Origin: an uncultured archaeon
Lineage (GTDB): Archaea; Thermoproteota; EX4484-205; JAAOZP01
Length of the DNA stretch: 64,000 nucleotides
NCBI GenBank assembly: GCA_938045545.1
Contig: CALIBN010000015.1
Span: forward strand, 20,962-84,961
Direction of reading: 5' to 3'
The notes under the pieces were generated by a model, which was given only the letters and a program-made list of their open reading frames with translations, did no database searches and had not been told where the DNA came from. Positions 9,708 through 19,666 of the stretch are shown piece by piece. A program made the translations under genes and the position numbers. The number at the start of each line of letters is the position of its first letter. The first letter of the stretch is position 1.

Positions 9708-9990
9708 TTAACGATTAAGTTTCAACCCATAATCCGGCAGAATGTCATCCGCCTTCCGTATGGCGTGAAAACGATATCCTGTGAGACTAGTAAAAACTCC
9801 TAGAACACCGATGATCATAAGCATTAATGATATACCTACATCCGGTTGCGCGCTACGGTGTAAAAATGGCTACAGCAGCTTCAGCAGCGCGCGCCATGCT
9901 TGTGTCGAGAAGCGAGAATGCCCAGCCTATCCATATTAGAGTAAACCCGAGCACGCCTGTAAAACGTCCTTTAGTATGCTGAATTCTCAT
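9708..9990 (-). pseudogene. Frameshifted small membrane protein remnant
   Basis: MRIQHTKGRFTGVLGFTLIWIGWAFSLL... continues in another frame as ...DVGISLMLMIIIGVLGVFTSL. Confidence 0.3.
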
Positions 9991-10128
9991 TATGCTGTAG
10001 ATTCTTCACATTACACGCGCTTTACGTTTTTATAATTTATCCTTTGCAATTTTTCTTACCCTGTTATAAGCCTGATTCTTAATATTCGTTGTAAAAGCTT
10101 AATAGCAGGATTAGGAATTAGTTTCTTC

Positions 10129-10986
10129 ATGGAGTATAGACGCTTAGGTAGAACAGGTTTCAAAGCAAGCATTCTAACCATAGGAGGCTGCGGCCCAGGA
10201 ATAGCTCCGAACATGGAGGACGGTTTTAAGGCTTTTGAAAAAGCGGTTGAAAAAGGCATTAACATGGTTGACGTGGCGCCCAGCTATGGAGAGGCTGAAA
10301 CTAGGCTTGGGCAATTAATAAGGAGGAACCGTGACAAGTTGATAGTAACCGAGAAAACTCTTGAGAGAACCAGGGAGGGCGCTTGGAGAGAGCTCCGGCA
10401 AACCCTGTCCCGTTTCCAAGTTGAAAACATAGACGTGTACCAGTTTCACGCAGTGAGCACGCTGGAGGAGCTTGAAAAGATTTTCAGCGAAGACGGTGCT
10501 GTGAAAGCGTTTCTGGAGGCTCGTGAACAGGGATTGATAAGACACATAGGGATAACAGCCCATTCGGACATGAGGATAGTTGTTAAAGCCCTTGAGAAAT
10601 TCGACTTCGACACAGTGCTGATACCCGTGAACGTTGGAAGCCTTATTGCACCTGCGCCCGAGAACGATTTCAACCCGGTTCTGAAAATCGCGAGAGACAG
10701 GGATATTGGAGTCATCGCAATAAAGGCGATTTCAAAAGGCAGGTGGACGGGGGAGAGGAAATACCAGACTTGGTATGAGCCGATGGATGGTCAGGAGGAT
10801 ATTGACAAGGCAGTGTGGTTCACCCTTTCCCAAGAGCCGGTTGCAACCTACTCCATGGCGTGCGACATAAGGCTTTGGTCAAAGATAATAAGTGCGGGCG
10901 AAAGGTTTAGAAAGCTCGCTTCAGAGGAGCAGGAGGCGGTTGTAAAATATTTTAAGACTAAAGGGGTGAAGCCTCTTTTCCCATAG
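10129..10986 (+). CDS. Aldo/keto reductase
   Basis: MEYRRLGRTG, GINMVDVAPSYG.AE, EKT, DVYQFH, IRHIGIT. Confidence 0.9.
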   Translation: MEYRRLGRTGFKASILTIGGCGPGIAPNMEDGFKAFEKAVEKGINMVDVAPSYGEAETRLGQLIRRNRDKLIVTEKTLERTREGAWRELRQTLSRFQVENIDVYQFHAVSTLEELEKIFSEDGAVKAFLEAREQGLIRHIGITAHSDMRIVVKALEKFDFDTVLIPVNVGSLIAPAPENDFNPVLKIARDRDIGVIAIKAISKGRWTGERKYQTWYEPMDGQEDIDKAVWFTLSQEPVATYSMACDIRLWSKIISAGERFRKLASEEQEAVVKYFKTKGVKPLFP

Positions 10987-11044
10987 TGTTTCACAACAGT
11001 CCTGGCCCGTTACTTCTCCAAGTTTAAAGGGAAACGTGCCCCAT

Positions 11045-11947
11045 TTATAGGCATGAAGCTATTTTGCTTAAAGAGGCTTCAGCATCTTTTAAGCCCAATT
11101 CAAAAACTATTGGGCCGGTGAACACCGTCTCTTTCAAAACTTTGAAAAAACTTTCAATGTTAAGGTCTCCAGCCCCCAAGGGTAAATGATCCCTGACAAC
11201 CAGCCTACCTTCCTCGACTCGCCTGTAGGCGTCGTGAAGATGTATTTCTCCAAGTCTCCCCGAACATTTTTTAAGAGCATCGTCAACGCTTACATCCCCG
11301 GAGTACCCGGCGAGAATATGGCCTGTGTCTATGCAGATCGACGTGTCGAACCTCTCAGCGATTTCAAGAGTTTTCGAAAAAGGGAACTCTATAGACTCCA
11401 AAGCTATTCTACGCGAGTCCACGCCAGCATTAGCCATGTATGAGACTATCTGCTCAACGCTCCTTAAAGCATTATTGGCAAGAAACTCGAAGAAAAGCAT
11501 CTTATATTCTTGTTTAACCCCCATCCTGTTGACCTCCGAAGCCAAGGGGCCTGCTACGTGAAGAACATACGCGAGTGGTTTAAGAACCTCCAGGATCTCA
11601 ACAGGCTTAACGACCGCGTTGACCGAAGCCACCCGAATATCCTCTACGGGGGAATCCAGCTCGATAGACCAGATGGGCAAGTGCGCAGAGAAAGTAATAC
11701 CCATGTCCCTCATGAGCATCCATTCCTCCAGGTTTTTCCTTGAGAAGGAGGCTGGAAGAATATAGTAGAGATCCGTGTTAAGCTCTACGTGATTAAAACC
11801 TTTTTCAACAATCTTCCTAACTAGCTTAGGGTAGTCAAGAAATATTGCACTATTCTCCAGCTCTAAGGCTTCCAACACTTCGTCGAGCGAGAGGGCTGTA
11901 GCGCCAAGCCTTAAGCCAGCCTGATTCCCCATGATATCGCACTGCAT
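11045..11947 (-). CDS. Xylose-isomerase-like TIM-barrel protein, possibly CbiR-like cobamide-remodelling phosphodiesterase
   Basis: LRLGAT, SAHLPIWS, YVLH, ALES, CIDTGH, EIHLHD, DHLPLG, PIVFE; start may be ATG 11932. Confidence 0.6.
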   Translation of the reverse strand: MQCDIMGNQAGLRLGATALSLDEVLEALELENSAIFLDYPKLVRKIVEKGFNHVELNTDLYYILPASFSRKNLEEWMLMRDMGITFSAHLPIWSIELDSPVEDIRVASVNAVVKPVEILEVLKPLAYVLHVAGPLASEVNRMGVKQEYKMLFFEFLANNALRSVEQIVSYMANAGVDSRRIALESIEFPFSKTLEIAERFDTSICIDTGHILAGYSGDVSVDDALKKCSGRLGEIHLHDAYRRVEEGRLVVRDHLPLGAGDLNIESFFKVLKETVFTGPIVFELGLKDAEASLSKIASCL

Positions 11948-11968
11948 GACACGGGACAGTTATAAGAC

Positions 11969-12265
11969 TTATATGATGGCCTCAGGCATTAAAACCACTC
12001 TGCTGGCCTCGTTTAAAAAAGTTGAATGAGCCTTATCCACCGGGACCACTCTTCCATTCAAGACTATCGTAAAGTCCTCTGAAAGGCTTTCTGTTCCAGC
12101 TGCGAAAACCCTTTCCTTAAACTTCATCCCATATTTATCAGCCATCTTCTTAACCAGATCGTAGACAGTACTCCCCTCCTCCATATCCACCAGCGTCTCC
12201 GTAGACCCGACGATATCTCTAAACTGGCCTACTAGCTCCACGCGGATTTTCATATTCACTAACAT
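11969..12265 (-). CDS. MoaD/ThiS (SAMP-like) beta-grasp protein lacking C-terminal GG
   Basis: MKIRVELVGQFRDIVG...GSTVYDL...IVLNGR...VVLMP; ends PEAII*. Confidence 0.7.
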   Translation of the reverse strand: MLVNMKIRVELVGQFRDIVGSTETLVDMEEGSTVYDLVKKMADKYGMKFKERVFAAGTESLSEDFTIVLNGRVVPVDKAHSTFLNEASRVVLMPEAII

Positions 12266-12305
12266 AAGCGGATAGCTTTAAAATAAATATTTCGTTCAAA
12301 GAAGT

Positions 12306-13000
12306 CTATAGTAGACCGACTAAGTCTGTTAGACTCGATATTTTTGGACACTGTTTGCCTCCGTACATCCCTCTCCTGTCGATTAGAATAGCGTTCATGC
12401 CGGCGGCACGCACACCCAGATAGTCTTCTTCATACCTGTCACCAATGTGCAGCATGTTCTCCATAGGAGTATTGGAAAGTCGGGAGGCAATACGGAATAT
12501 TTCAGCATTAGGCTTCTCGTACCCTAAATCGCCCGAAGCCACGAGCATTCCGAAATATTCTAGAAGGCCGGCTTTCCTCAAGTATGTTGCCAGGTTCCTG
12601 CTGGAGGAGACATTGGAAACAGCGATCAGCTTGAGATCATTATCCCTAAGTTTCCTTAAAGTGGGCTCAGCATCCTCATAGGCCCGGAAATCTGCTTCGG
12701 ATAGCCAGCGGTGCGCAGCTGTTCAGCCAGATCTTGGTTCGGGATGGCGAGGTTCGAAACCATTTTCCGGAGCAGCCTAGCCCAGGCATTTTCGTTCCAA
12801 ACTTCCCGGGTCCTTGCTTTCTCCTCACTCCACCATACGCACGCATCCTTCCAGGCCTCCCTAACTTTAACGGGCTCAAACCGATATCCCAACTTAAGCA
12901 GGATCTTATGGAAGACCATATGATCCTCTTCAACTTCATAGTATAGCGTTCCGCCGCAGTTGAAGGAGACAGTTTTAATGCGTTTTTTAAACAATAGCAC
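12306..13000 (-). pseudogene. HAD-superfamily hydrolase split by a frameshift near 12710
   Basis: N-part IKTVSFNCGGTL (motif I, catalytic Asp replaced by Asn); C-part in another frame has AVSN, EKP..EIF, HIGDRYEEDYLGVRAAGM. Confidence 0.75.
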
Positions 13001-13015
13001 ATCCCGCTTAATAAT

Positions 13016-13453
13016 TCAACTTTTTTCCTTCCACCAGTAGAATAGTTTTCTACTCAACTCGTGTATCTTCCTAGCATTATCTATTGCTTTTTCAGCATCC
13101 TCTTTAGAATAGAGCTCCCTGGGAGGAGTGAAGGCGCTCTCATCGCCGTAAAAAGCCGGACCTCTTTCTCCAGCAAGCCTTTTACTCACAATACTGATCG
13201 TTTCCAGCTCAAATCTAAACCAATCCGGAAGCTCTCTAACACGTGCTATTTCAACCAAAACATCGCTGACATCGTGTTGACGCGGATACTCCATGCCCAG
13301 CAGTCTGAGAACAGCCTTTAGGCTTAATTCAACACTTTCTTGCGCTCTTCTAATCGTTCTATGGTACATCTCTTTGGTGAAGGCTTCTTCAGCCTCGTAG
13401 AGAGAATACTCAGCGTCGTCAAGATACCCTTTAGCCATAGCCTCAGTATTCAA
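13016..13453 (-). CDS. HEPN domain protein (toxin/partner of MNT)
   Basis: AQESVELSLKAVL, YPRQHDV, ERGPAFYGDE; overlaps the MNT gene by 4 nt. Confidence 0.85.
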   Translation of the reverse strand: MNTEAMAKGYLDDAEYSLYEAEEAFTKEMYHRTIRRAQESVELSLKAVLRLLGMEYPRQHDVSDVLVEIARVRELPDWFRFELETISIVSKRLAGERGPAFYGDESAFTPPRELYSKEDAEKAIDNARKIHELSRKLFYWWKEKS

Positions 13454-13989
13454 ATTTCAACCGCCTCTCCACGTTTTATATCGGGTTTTAAATCCCAGAG
13501 CCATGTCCCGTTTTTGAGATAAACGCGTTTAGCTTTCAACTCATCCAGCCTTTTCCTAAGGCTCGTGAAAACAGACTCTAAAAAGCTGTCCTTGTCGACC
13601 AGGATAACAGCGTCCTCAACCATGTCCAAGTATATTGGCCTATGGATTTTCGCCTCCTCCGGAGTAAGAGGATAAAATTGTACCCACGTGTTAACGCCTT
13701 TCTTTCTAAGCTCCCTGTACGTTTGAGTATCTCTCAGCTTAATTAGGATTTTAGCCATGATCTCCATTTTCTCACTAATCCTTTTAGGAAGATTTTCAGC
13801 GACGACGAGAATATCCGTATCGCTAGACGGCTTAGCATCCCCTCTGGCTACAGAGCCGAAAACAACTACACTTATCAGTTTTTCTCCGAAAAAGCCGTTA
13901 AGGAGATTAAGAACCTCTTTAACAAACTCCCTCCTATCCGAATCAATTATATTGGATAATCCGTGTCTAAACATCGTTAACCCTTGCAT
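13450..13989 (-). CDS. Minimal nucleotidyltransferase (MNT) antitoxin
   Basis: VVFGSVARGDAKPSSDTDILV (GS-x10-DxD); C-terminal WLWDLKPD tail. Confidence 0.88.
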   Translation of the reverse strand: MQGLTMFRHGLSNIIDSDRREFVKEVLNLLNGFFGEKLISVVVFGSVARGDAKPSSDTDILVVAENLPKRISEKMEIMAKILIKLRDTQTYRELRKKGVNTWVQFYPLTPEEAKIHRPIYLDMVEDAVILVDKDSFLESVFTSLRKRLDELKAKRVYLKNGTWLWDLKPDIKRGEAVEI

Positions 13990-14138
13990 TCTGAAAATAT
14001 TTAAGCCGTTATACCTTATATACTTTTAGCAGTAAGAGAAAAAGCAGCTTCAGCGCAAGATAGAATAGGCCGACGTAATAACGATTATGAAAGAAACATG
14101 CAGCAAAGTTAATATTATTCGGAAAAAACTCCCGCAAC

Positions 14139-14540
14139 ATGAGCTATGAAATAATAGAGGTTTCGACGAAAACTAGGCAACAGCTCGTAGAAGTAACCTC
14201 GGCGATAAGGGAGCGAGTTAAAAGAAGCGGTGTGAAAAAAGGCCTCTGCTTCATCCATGTCCCCCATACAACCGCCGGAATAACTTTAAACGAGAATGCT
14301 GACCCTAGTGTAGCCAGAGACATCCTCAACACTTTAAACCGTTTAATACCTGTTGAGGGCGATTACACCCATTTAGAGGGCAATGCGCACGCCCATGTGA
14401 AAGCAAGCATTGTCGGACACAACGCGATCCTGTTCATAGAGGATGGCGAACTCATGCTGGGAACTTGGCAGGGAATTTTCCTATGCGAGTTCGACGGGCC
14501 TAGGAGGCGGAGGATTCTAATAAAGATAGTTGGAGAATAA
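14139..14540 (+). CDS. yjbQ: YjbQ/UPF0047 family protein
   Basis: [44 protein letters not shown]. Confidence 0.92.
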   Translation: MSYEIIEVSTKTRQQLVEVTSAIRERVKRSGVKKGLCFIHVPHTTAGITLNENADPSVARDILNTLNRLIPVEGDYTHLEGNAHAHVKASIVGHNAILFIEDGELMLGTWQGIFLCEFDGPRRRRILIKIVGE

Positions 14541-14648
14541 AAGTATGTGCGCTAAGCTCAGGCCATTTAAATCGCGCACCAGCATGCGACAAGCCTAATG
14601 GAAATCTTATCAGCAAGGCTTAAATAATTTTATCGCCCAATTATTATT

Positions 14649-15182
14649 GTGAAAAAGAAAATCGTGATTAAAGGCGACAGGGTTCAGGATGTAGGTTATA
14701 GGCTCTTTCTTCTAGATGCTGCCGAAGACTCGGGTTTAAAGGGTTTTCAAGCTAGGAATGTCAAGGATTACGTTGAATTCATGGTGGAAGGTGATGACGA
14801 CAGGGTGATTGAATTCGTTAAATTCGCAGAAAGCAATTACCCTGAGTTCGCCAAGGTGGATGAAGTGCGGGTGGAGGATTACGGCGGGGAAGTTATGTCT
14901 ATGGACAGGTTTTACCACAGGTTCAGCGTTGACCAGCTGGCTAAAATAGTGAGCGTGGGAATTGGCATGATTGGAAGACAGGATACAATGATAGAGAAGC
15001 AGGATTTGATGCTAGGAAAAATGGATCTAATGTTGGAGAAACAGGATGAAATGTTAAGAAAACAGGATGAAACAATAATGGAGATAAGAGCATTAAGAGA
15101 AGACTTGAGAAACTACATGGAGGAAAGGTTTGAAAAAATAGAAAGAGAGATAGCGGCGATAAAGGCTAAGATAGGTCTTTAA
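14649..15182 (+). CDS. Acylphosphatase-like protein with C-terminal KQD-heptad coiled coil
   Basis: GDRVQDVGYR...GFQARN; tail RQDTMIEKQDLMLGKMDLMLEKQDEMLRKQDET. Confidence 0.8.
   Translation: MKKKIVIKGDRVQDVGYRLFLLDAAEDSGLKGFQARNVKDYVEFMVEGDDDRVIEFVKFAESNYPEFAKVDEVRVEDYGGEVMSMDRFYHRFSVDQLAKIVSVGIGMIGRQDTMIEKQDLMLGKMDLMLEKQDEMLRKQDETIMEIRALREDLRNYMEERFEKIEREIAAIKAKIGL
14977..15075 (+). repeat. Imperfect 21-bp coding repeats (KQDxMLx heptads)
   Basis: aacaggatgaaa / agcaggatttga units spaced by multiples of 21 nt. Confidence 0.6.
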
Positions 15183-15228
15183 GAAACCTATTAAACGGTC
15201 TTCATGGGAATATGCCTCAAGGATGTGC

Positions 15229-15729
15229 TCAAGCGATGTTGATAGTTTCTCGTAGATAAACTAGACGGGAAGTCGAGTACTTTTGCTTTCTCCACGGATT
15301 TTTGTAGATCTCTATGACCTCCGATATTATGTTTGGCAATTCCTCGGGCCTGCCCATGTTGATTCCGGGGCATATGAAAGCGTATTGATTAAAGTAGACA
15401 TAGTATATCTCATCATTGTAGTAAAACTCAGCCTCCTCCAAGTTTACAGATTTTGGCTTCTTGTAGACCAAAAAGGGCCATACCTTGCAAGAGAACGGTT
15501 TCAAGCCTAGTTCCTGTAGATTACATAATCCATACTCGTTCTGAAAGATACACCTTCCGCCAATTTTTCTCAAGGAAGGCTTTACGCCAGTTACTACAGC
15601 TTCCGGCATAAGCTCGAAAATCCGTGCATATTCATAGGGACGGAGGATAACTTCAAATTTAGTGCAGCACCTTCCACAACCGAGACAAGCCCAAGATTTC
15701 ACTCTTCTCCAAGGTATTTCCTTTGTCAT
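15229..15729 (-). CDS. YkgJ/CxxCxxCC cysteine-cluster protein
   Basis: CLGCGRCC, CIF....LC, KPFSCKVWPF, CPG. Confidence 0.85.
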   Translation of the reverse strand: MTKEIPWRRVKSWACLGCGRCCTKFEVILRPYEYARIFELMPEAVVTGVKPSLRKIGGRCIFQNEYGLCNLQELGLKPFSCKVWPFLVYKKPKSVNLEEAEFYYNDEIYYVYFNQYAFICPGINMGRPEELPNIISEVIEIYKNPWRKQKYSTSRLVYLRETINIA

Positions 15730-16087
15730 GCTTTCCTACCAGACGATAATTCATGTCTGAAACATACCGGATATAAATTTTAAAAACCTAGCCATCCTTC
15801 AACAGAGCTTCACCTCCTCCCTTACATCATTCTGAAGAGAACAGGTCAGAATTGTCAACTCCTCTTAGAGCAGTAGGCGCTTAAATGTCAATTTATTATT
15901 ACCTCGTGAATAACGATTGTAGAAAAATATCTTGCTCATGTCAGTCTGAAGACCATTGGGAGTCCCCTTTAACACTTTTATCTCTCGAATAGTAGCGTTT
16001 AACAAAGAATCTTTATTTCAGCGTATGCTAAAGAAACTGTTCTGATGCTGCCGAGTAAAGGCTTTAGGATTGAGCCTAAACTTTTGG

Positions 16088-17050
16088 TTAGACTCTTAAG
16101 GGATATGGAGAAGCGCACGCTGGAGCATGGCCCAGTTGCACGTTATTTATGGCTAGCAATACCATTATTAAAAAGCCGATGCATATAGCTATTTGAATCA
16201 AAGCATCGTTCGAAACCCAAGGCGTGAGGCTTGGAGTTTCAACCCTCAGGTACATTTCAGACGGCTCCTCCGGGGGGTTTGCAAGCTCTAAGAGAACCAT
16301 AACTCTTGACTCCTGCCCTTCCATGCTGAACCGACCGAGATCAATCTGATCCACCTAGCCGCCCAGAGACAGCCTTCGAAAGAAACCCAACTTAAAACTT
16401 TTGGCGTTTCAATGTCGCTGAGAACAGTCATCTTCCCCTTGAGACACTCGGTTCCGGGGCCAATGATTTTCACATGGTAAAACCTGCTTGGCTCCAGAAC
16501 CAGATCGACTAGTGTCCTTTCCTGCGTAATTGTCTAGGCGTACACTATTGTCTTAAGTCCGCCGAACTCGGAACAATATGCATACGCCCATAACGCTAGA
16601 ACTATTAGAGACATCGCAAGCACTACTAGAGAAAACTTTCTCTTCAAGCTGCTTGCTCTGAAACCAGATCGGGATGGCTCAAGCCTCGGCGACTGTGAAA
16701 AAGTAGCATAAATCATGAGCACGATGAACATTACTACGGGTAGACTGGCATCATCCTCAAGCAAGGACACGAGTATAGAGAGAGAAGTAAGGTAAAGGGT
16801 AGCGGGCATGATATCGTCCTCCGACATTTTTAGAACTTGAAGCATAAGCTCGAGGGTCGCGCCTAGGGCGAACATCGTGAGGAAAACCCCCATTAGCCCT
16901 GGTCCAGGTAGGCTGGGCCAAGCCACGTGGAGACAAGGGTCCAGTTTTCCCCCTCGCCGTAGATCATGTGAGTTCCCAGGAAATCATGTCTTAGACCAAG
17001 GCTTATCGCTCCTTTGGCAGACCCTAAAATCGGGTCATCCACTTAAAGCA
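16088..17050 (-). pseudogene. Fragmented membrane-protein region (several short hydrophobic ORFs in shifting frames)
   Basis: ORFs 16534-16926, 16288-16473 and 16088-16354 are same-strand and partly overlapping, with TM stretches in two of them. Confidence 0.35.
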
Positions 17051-17059
17051 GGATGTGTC

Positions 17060-17386
17060 TCAACATCTGCAGGTTAATGCTCTGCCGAAACAGCCGAGTA
17101 ATGCAGGAGTAAAGTAGGAAGCTAGAAGCACTATGAAGACAAGGAACCCTACGATGAGCATCCTGCCTGTGTTTGAGCACCTGTATAAAACTACTAAGAG
17201 AAACCCTAAGCCAATCGCTAGCGCACGCACCCTGTGCACCCTTATCCCATCCAGCTCTTCAAAACTTTTTTGCTCAACGCGTATTCCTAGAGACACTGAG
17301 TGCACATCGTGCCCAAGCCGTATAAGGTTCCTCGCCAGCTCGTAGACATGGGTTGAGGCCCCTCTGAAATGGGGGGACAGCGACAT
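17060..17386 (-). pseudogene. GT4 glycosyltransferase N-terminal fragment joined to a hydrophobic tail
   Basis: SPHFRGASTHVYELARNLIRLGHDVH...EELDGIRVHRV is a GT4 N-terminus; the rest of the GT-B fold is missing. Confidence 0.6.
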
Positions 17387-17407
17387 CTACGGCAACATAA
17401 CAGATTT

Positions 17408-18200
17408 TCACAGGTCGAAGTGGAGCCGGCCAGTATATTTGGTTTTTTGGAGGGCCTCATAAGTCTTTTCCAGTAAAGCTTTATTTTGTAGAGCCGTTAT
17501 TCTACGCTTCCTCCCGAAGTGTATAAGCATGCTTACCCCGGCCACCGTGGTCGCAGCCAGCGCCAGCATCGAGTAATCCCTCCGCCATCTCGCCACCACT
17601 TTTTTCGGACTGTCCATTACGACTGTGGCGTTTAAAGCCTTTATTTCCACGTCTCCGCCCCACCCATCGAAAACCTCTGCAACCAAAAGAATCTTGGGGC
17701 TTAACTCCGAATGATGCAACCGTGCCCTCAGCATACCGGCCGCTGCCCCATGTTTCCCCATGTAGAGAAGTGACGTTAAGGTAGAACTCCTTGGTCCAAA
17801 TAGCCTTAAACGTAAGAGGTGAGTTGACGACCATCAAGAAGTTTGCGTCATAAACGCCTTTTGCCCCCTCCTATCTCAGGAAGACTAGGCGGGTCAAAGG
17901 AGACTCGTAAAACACAGTTCCTACTGAAATGTTTACCCTTGAAGACTCGTCACACCAGTCTGCTCCAACAGGATTGCCGTATGGAGAGTCTAAAGCGACG
18001 AGGTATTGTGTTTTCCAGATGGCAGTCTCGTTCACCGGTGCCTCAACTATGAGTGTCACGTTTAAACGGTCTCCAGTGTAGCTTCCCAAGCCCTCTCCAA
18101 ACCAGTAGTCGAAAACTCTCCTAGTACCGTTGCTAAAGTCTAAGATTCGAGGCTTCACAAATATGTTTACGTTTGAAGACTCGTTGCACCACCCGCCTCC
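17408..18200 (-). pseudogene. Cell-surface repeat protein remnant (divergent InlB-B-like repeats plus C-terminal TM anchor)
   Basis: TRRVFDYW.G, WKTQYLV..SPYG, YLNVTSLHGETWGSG, FDGWGGD, MDSPKKVVARW spread over three frames; DNA repeat 17929-17957 vs 18163-18191 (WCDESSRVNI/WCNESSNVNI). Confidence 0.6.
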
Positions 18201-18443
18201 ACCAGCCTGTTTTGCCCTTCCCTTAGGCTTCTAACCTCCTCCCACAGCTTACCCTGACCTTCCCATAGCCTGTTCTGTCCTTCTCTTAAACCTCTAACTT
18301 CCTCCCAAGCTTGTTCTGCCCCTCCTCAAGCCTATCCATTCTCTTCAATATTTCAGACAACCCTAAGAACCTGCTACAGTATAACGGAACTCCAAGTCCT
18401 TCTCAAGCAGCTCGATGAACTCGCGTCTGAGCTTCTCAGCCAT
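18200..18443 (-). pseudogene. paREP/DUF3782-like coiled-coil protein 5' remnant (not in ORF track)
   Basis: Manual translation across two frameshifts: MAEKLRREFIELLEKDLEFRYTVAGxLGLSEILKRMDRLEEGQNKLxEEVRGLREGQNRLWEGQGKLWEEVRSLREGQNRL. Confidence 0.65.
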
Positions 18444-18658
18444 AAACTGTTCTTTGACATCCACATATTTAAGCATGAGGCTCCCGGTTCGTCACCCTGA
18501 GGGCTCATCCTGCCGGTTAAGGATGTGTCAAGCCAGCCCCTGCCATACGCGTATATATAGCCCATGGCCGCTTCATTATGTTCATCGCGCCGTTGGAGTC
18601 AGCATCGCAGGAGTAGTTGCAACTTGGGCAATTGAAGGGGCTGCCAGTTCTGATTCCC

Positions 18659-19666
18659 TCAACGATCAGCATAGTCAAGGATTATCGGGAACCCGGGTGA
18701 AGCCTGCATCCTAGTTAGGCTGCTCGCCATCCTCCAGGCGTCTATGCTCCACTTGCGCTGGCTAGGTGTTTCCGAGCCTTCATCCTTTATCGAGAGGCTT
18801 TTCAAAAGCATCGGTGAGGAGGCTATGAGGGAAGAGACCAGGCCGCCTATTAGGCCCAGCGGAGAACTTGTTAAAGCTGTTACCAGAAGCCCCGCGAGCA
18901 AGCCTATTCCTATGATGCCTGCGGAGGCGGTTAGCATTGTTGCTCTAGACCTTGTGCTCAAAGGGTACTCGACGAAGAGAACCCTGCCGCTGGAAGCGTC
19001 TAAGAGAACCCTGAACAATCTGCCCTTGTAAACGTACTCGATGAGCCAGAAAGGGTAGTGTACGAGCCCGAGATAGTTGACTTCAACCTTCTCAAGGCTC
19101 TTTAAGCCGCTGCAGCTTCTGCCGGCCTCAGCCATCGCCTGCCCAGATATGAACCTGTAGGCAGCATTATAGGCTTCATCGTAGCTTACAGTAGGCATGT
19201 GGAACCTGCTCCTCTGAGCCTGACTCGGGTTAAAGAAGCTTCTACCCCTTACCGAGAAGGAGAGTTGTTTAGCGTGACTGTCAAGCCAGGTGCCTGTGTA
19301 TGCTGCGAGGATCGGCATGTTCCTGGTTTCAAGATAAGTGGCCTGCTTGCCACCGTGGGAGCAGGAGGAGTATGCTTTGCAGCTGAAAACATGGTAGGGA
19401 ACGTTGTAGAGCTCAGCTCTGCGAAGATTAGCCTCAGCGTTGAAATCAGCGGGGACCCCGTATCTCCTAGTTATGAACTGCATTGCTTTACGCCAGGCTG
19501 AAGGGCTCTCCACGTAGGCCGGAAACATGTAGTATGTCCAAGCCTTTCCGGTTGAGGTTTCGAAGGTGTGGCCGCAGTAGGGGCAGACAATTATCGAGGC
19601 GGAATGCGGCGCGGTTATTGAAGCGTTGCAGTTTAAGCATGTGACTGTTTTCATGCTCATTTCCAT
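18659..19666 (-). CDS. Zinc-ribbon membrane protein (YdjG-like)
   Basis: CLNCNA...CPYCG N-terminus, LVHYPFWLIEYVYKG, two C-terminal TM helices. Confidence 0.7.
   Translation of the reverse strand: MEMSMKTVTCLNCNASITAPHSASIIVCPYCGHTFETSTGKAWTYYMFPAYVESPSAWRKAMQFITRRYGVPADFNAEANLRRAELYNVPYHVFSCKAYSSCSHGGKQATYLETRNMPILAAYTGTWLDSHAKQLSFSVRGRSFFNPSQAQRSRFHMPTVSYDEAYNAAYRFISGQAMAEAGRSCSGLKSLEKVEVNYLGLVHYPFWLIEYVYKGRLFRVLLDASSGRVLFVEYPLSTRSRATMLTASAGIIGIGLLAGLLVTALTSSPLGLIGGLVSSLIASSPMLLKSLSIKDEGSETPSQRKWSIDAWRMASSLTRMQASPGFPIILDYADR

Noticed and set aside
18470-18545. Hammerhead or K-turn-like hairpin on the - strand (GGATGAGCCCTCAGGGTGACGAA)
   Set aside because: Lacks the CUGAnGA/GAAA core; pairing is too short to support a call.
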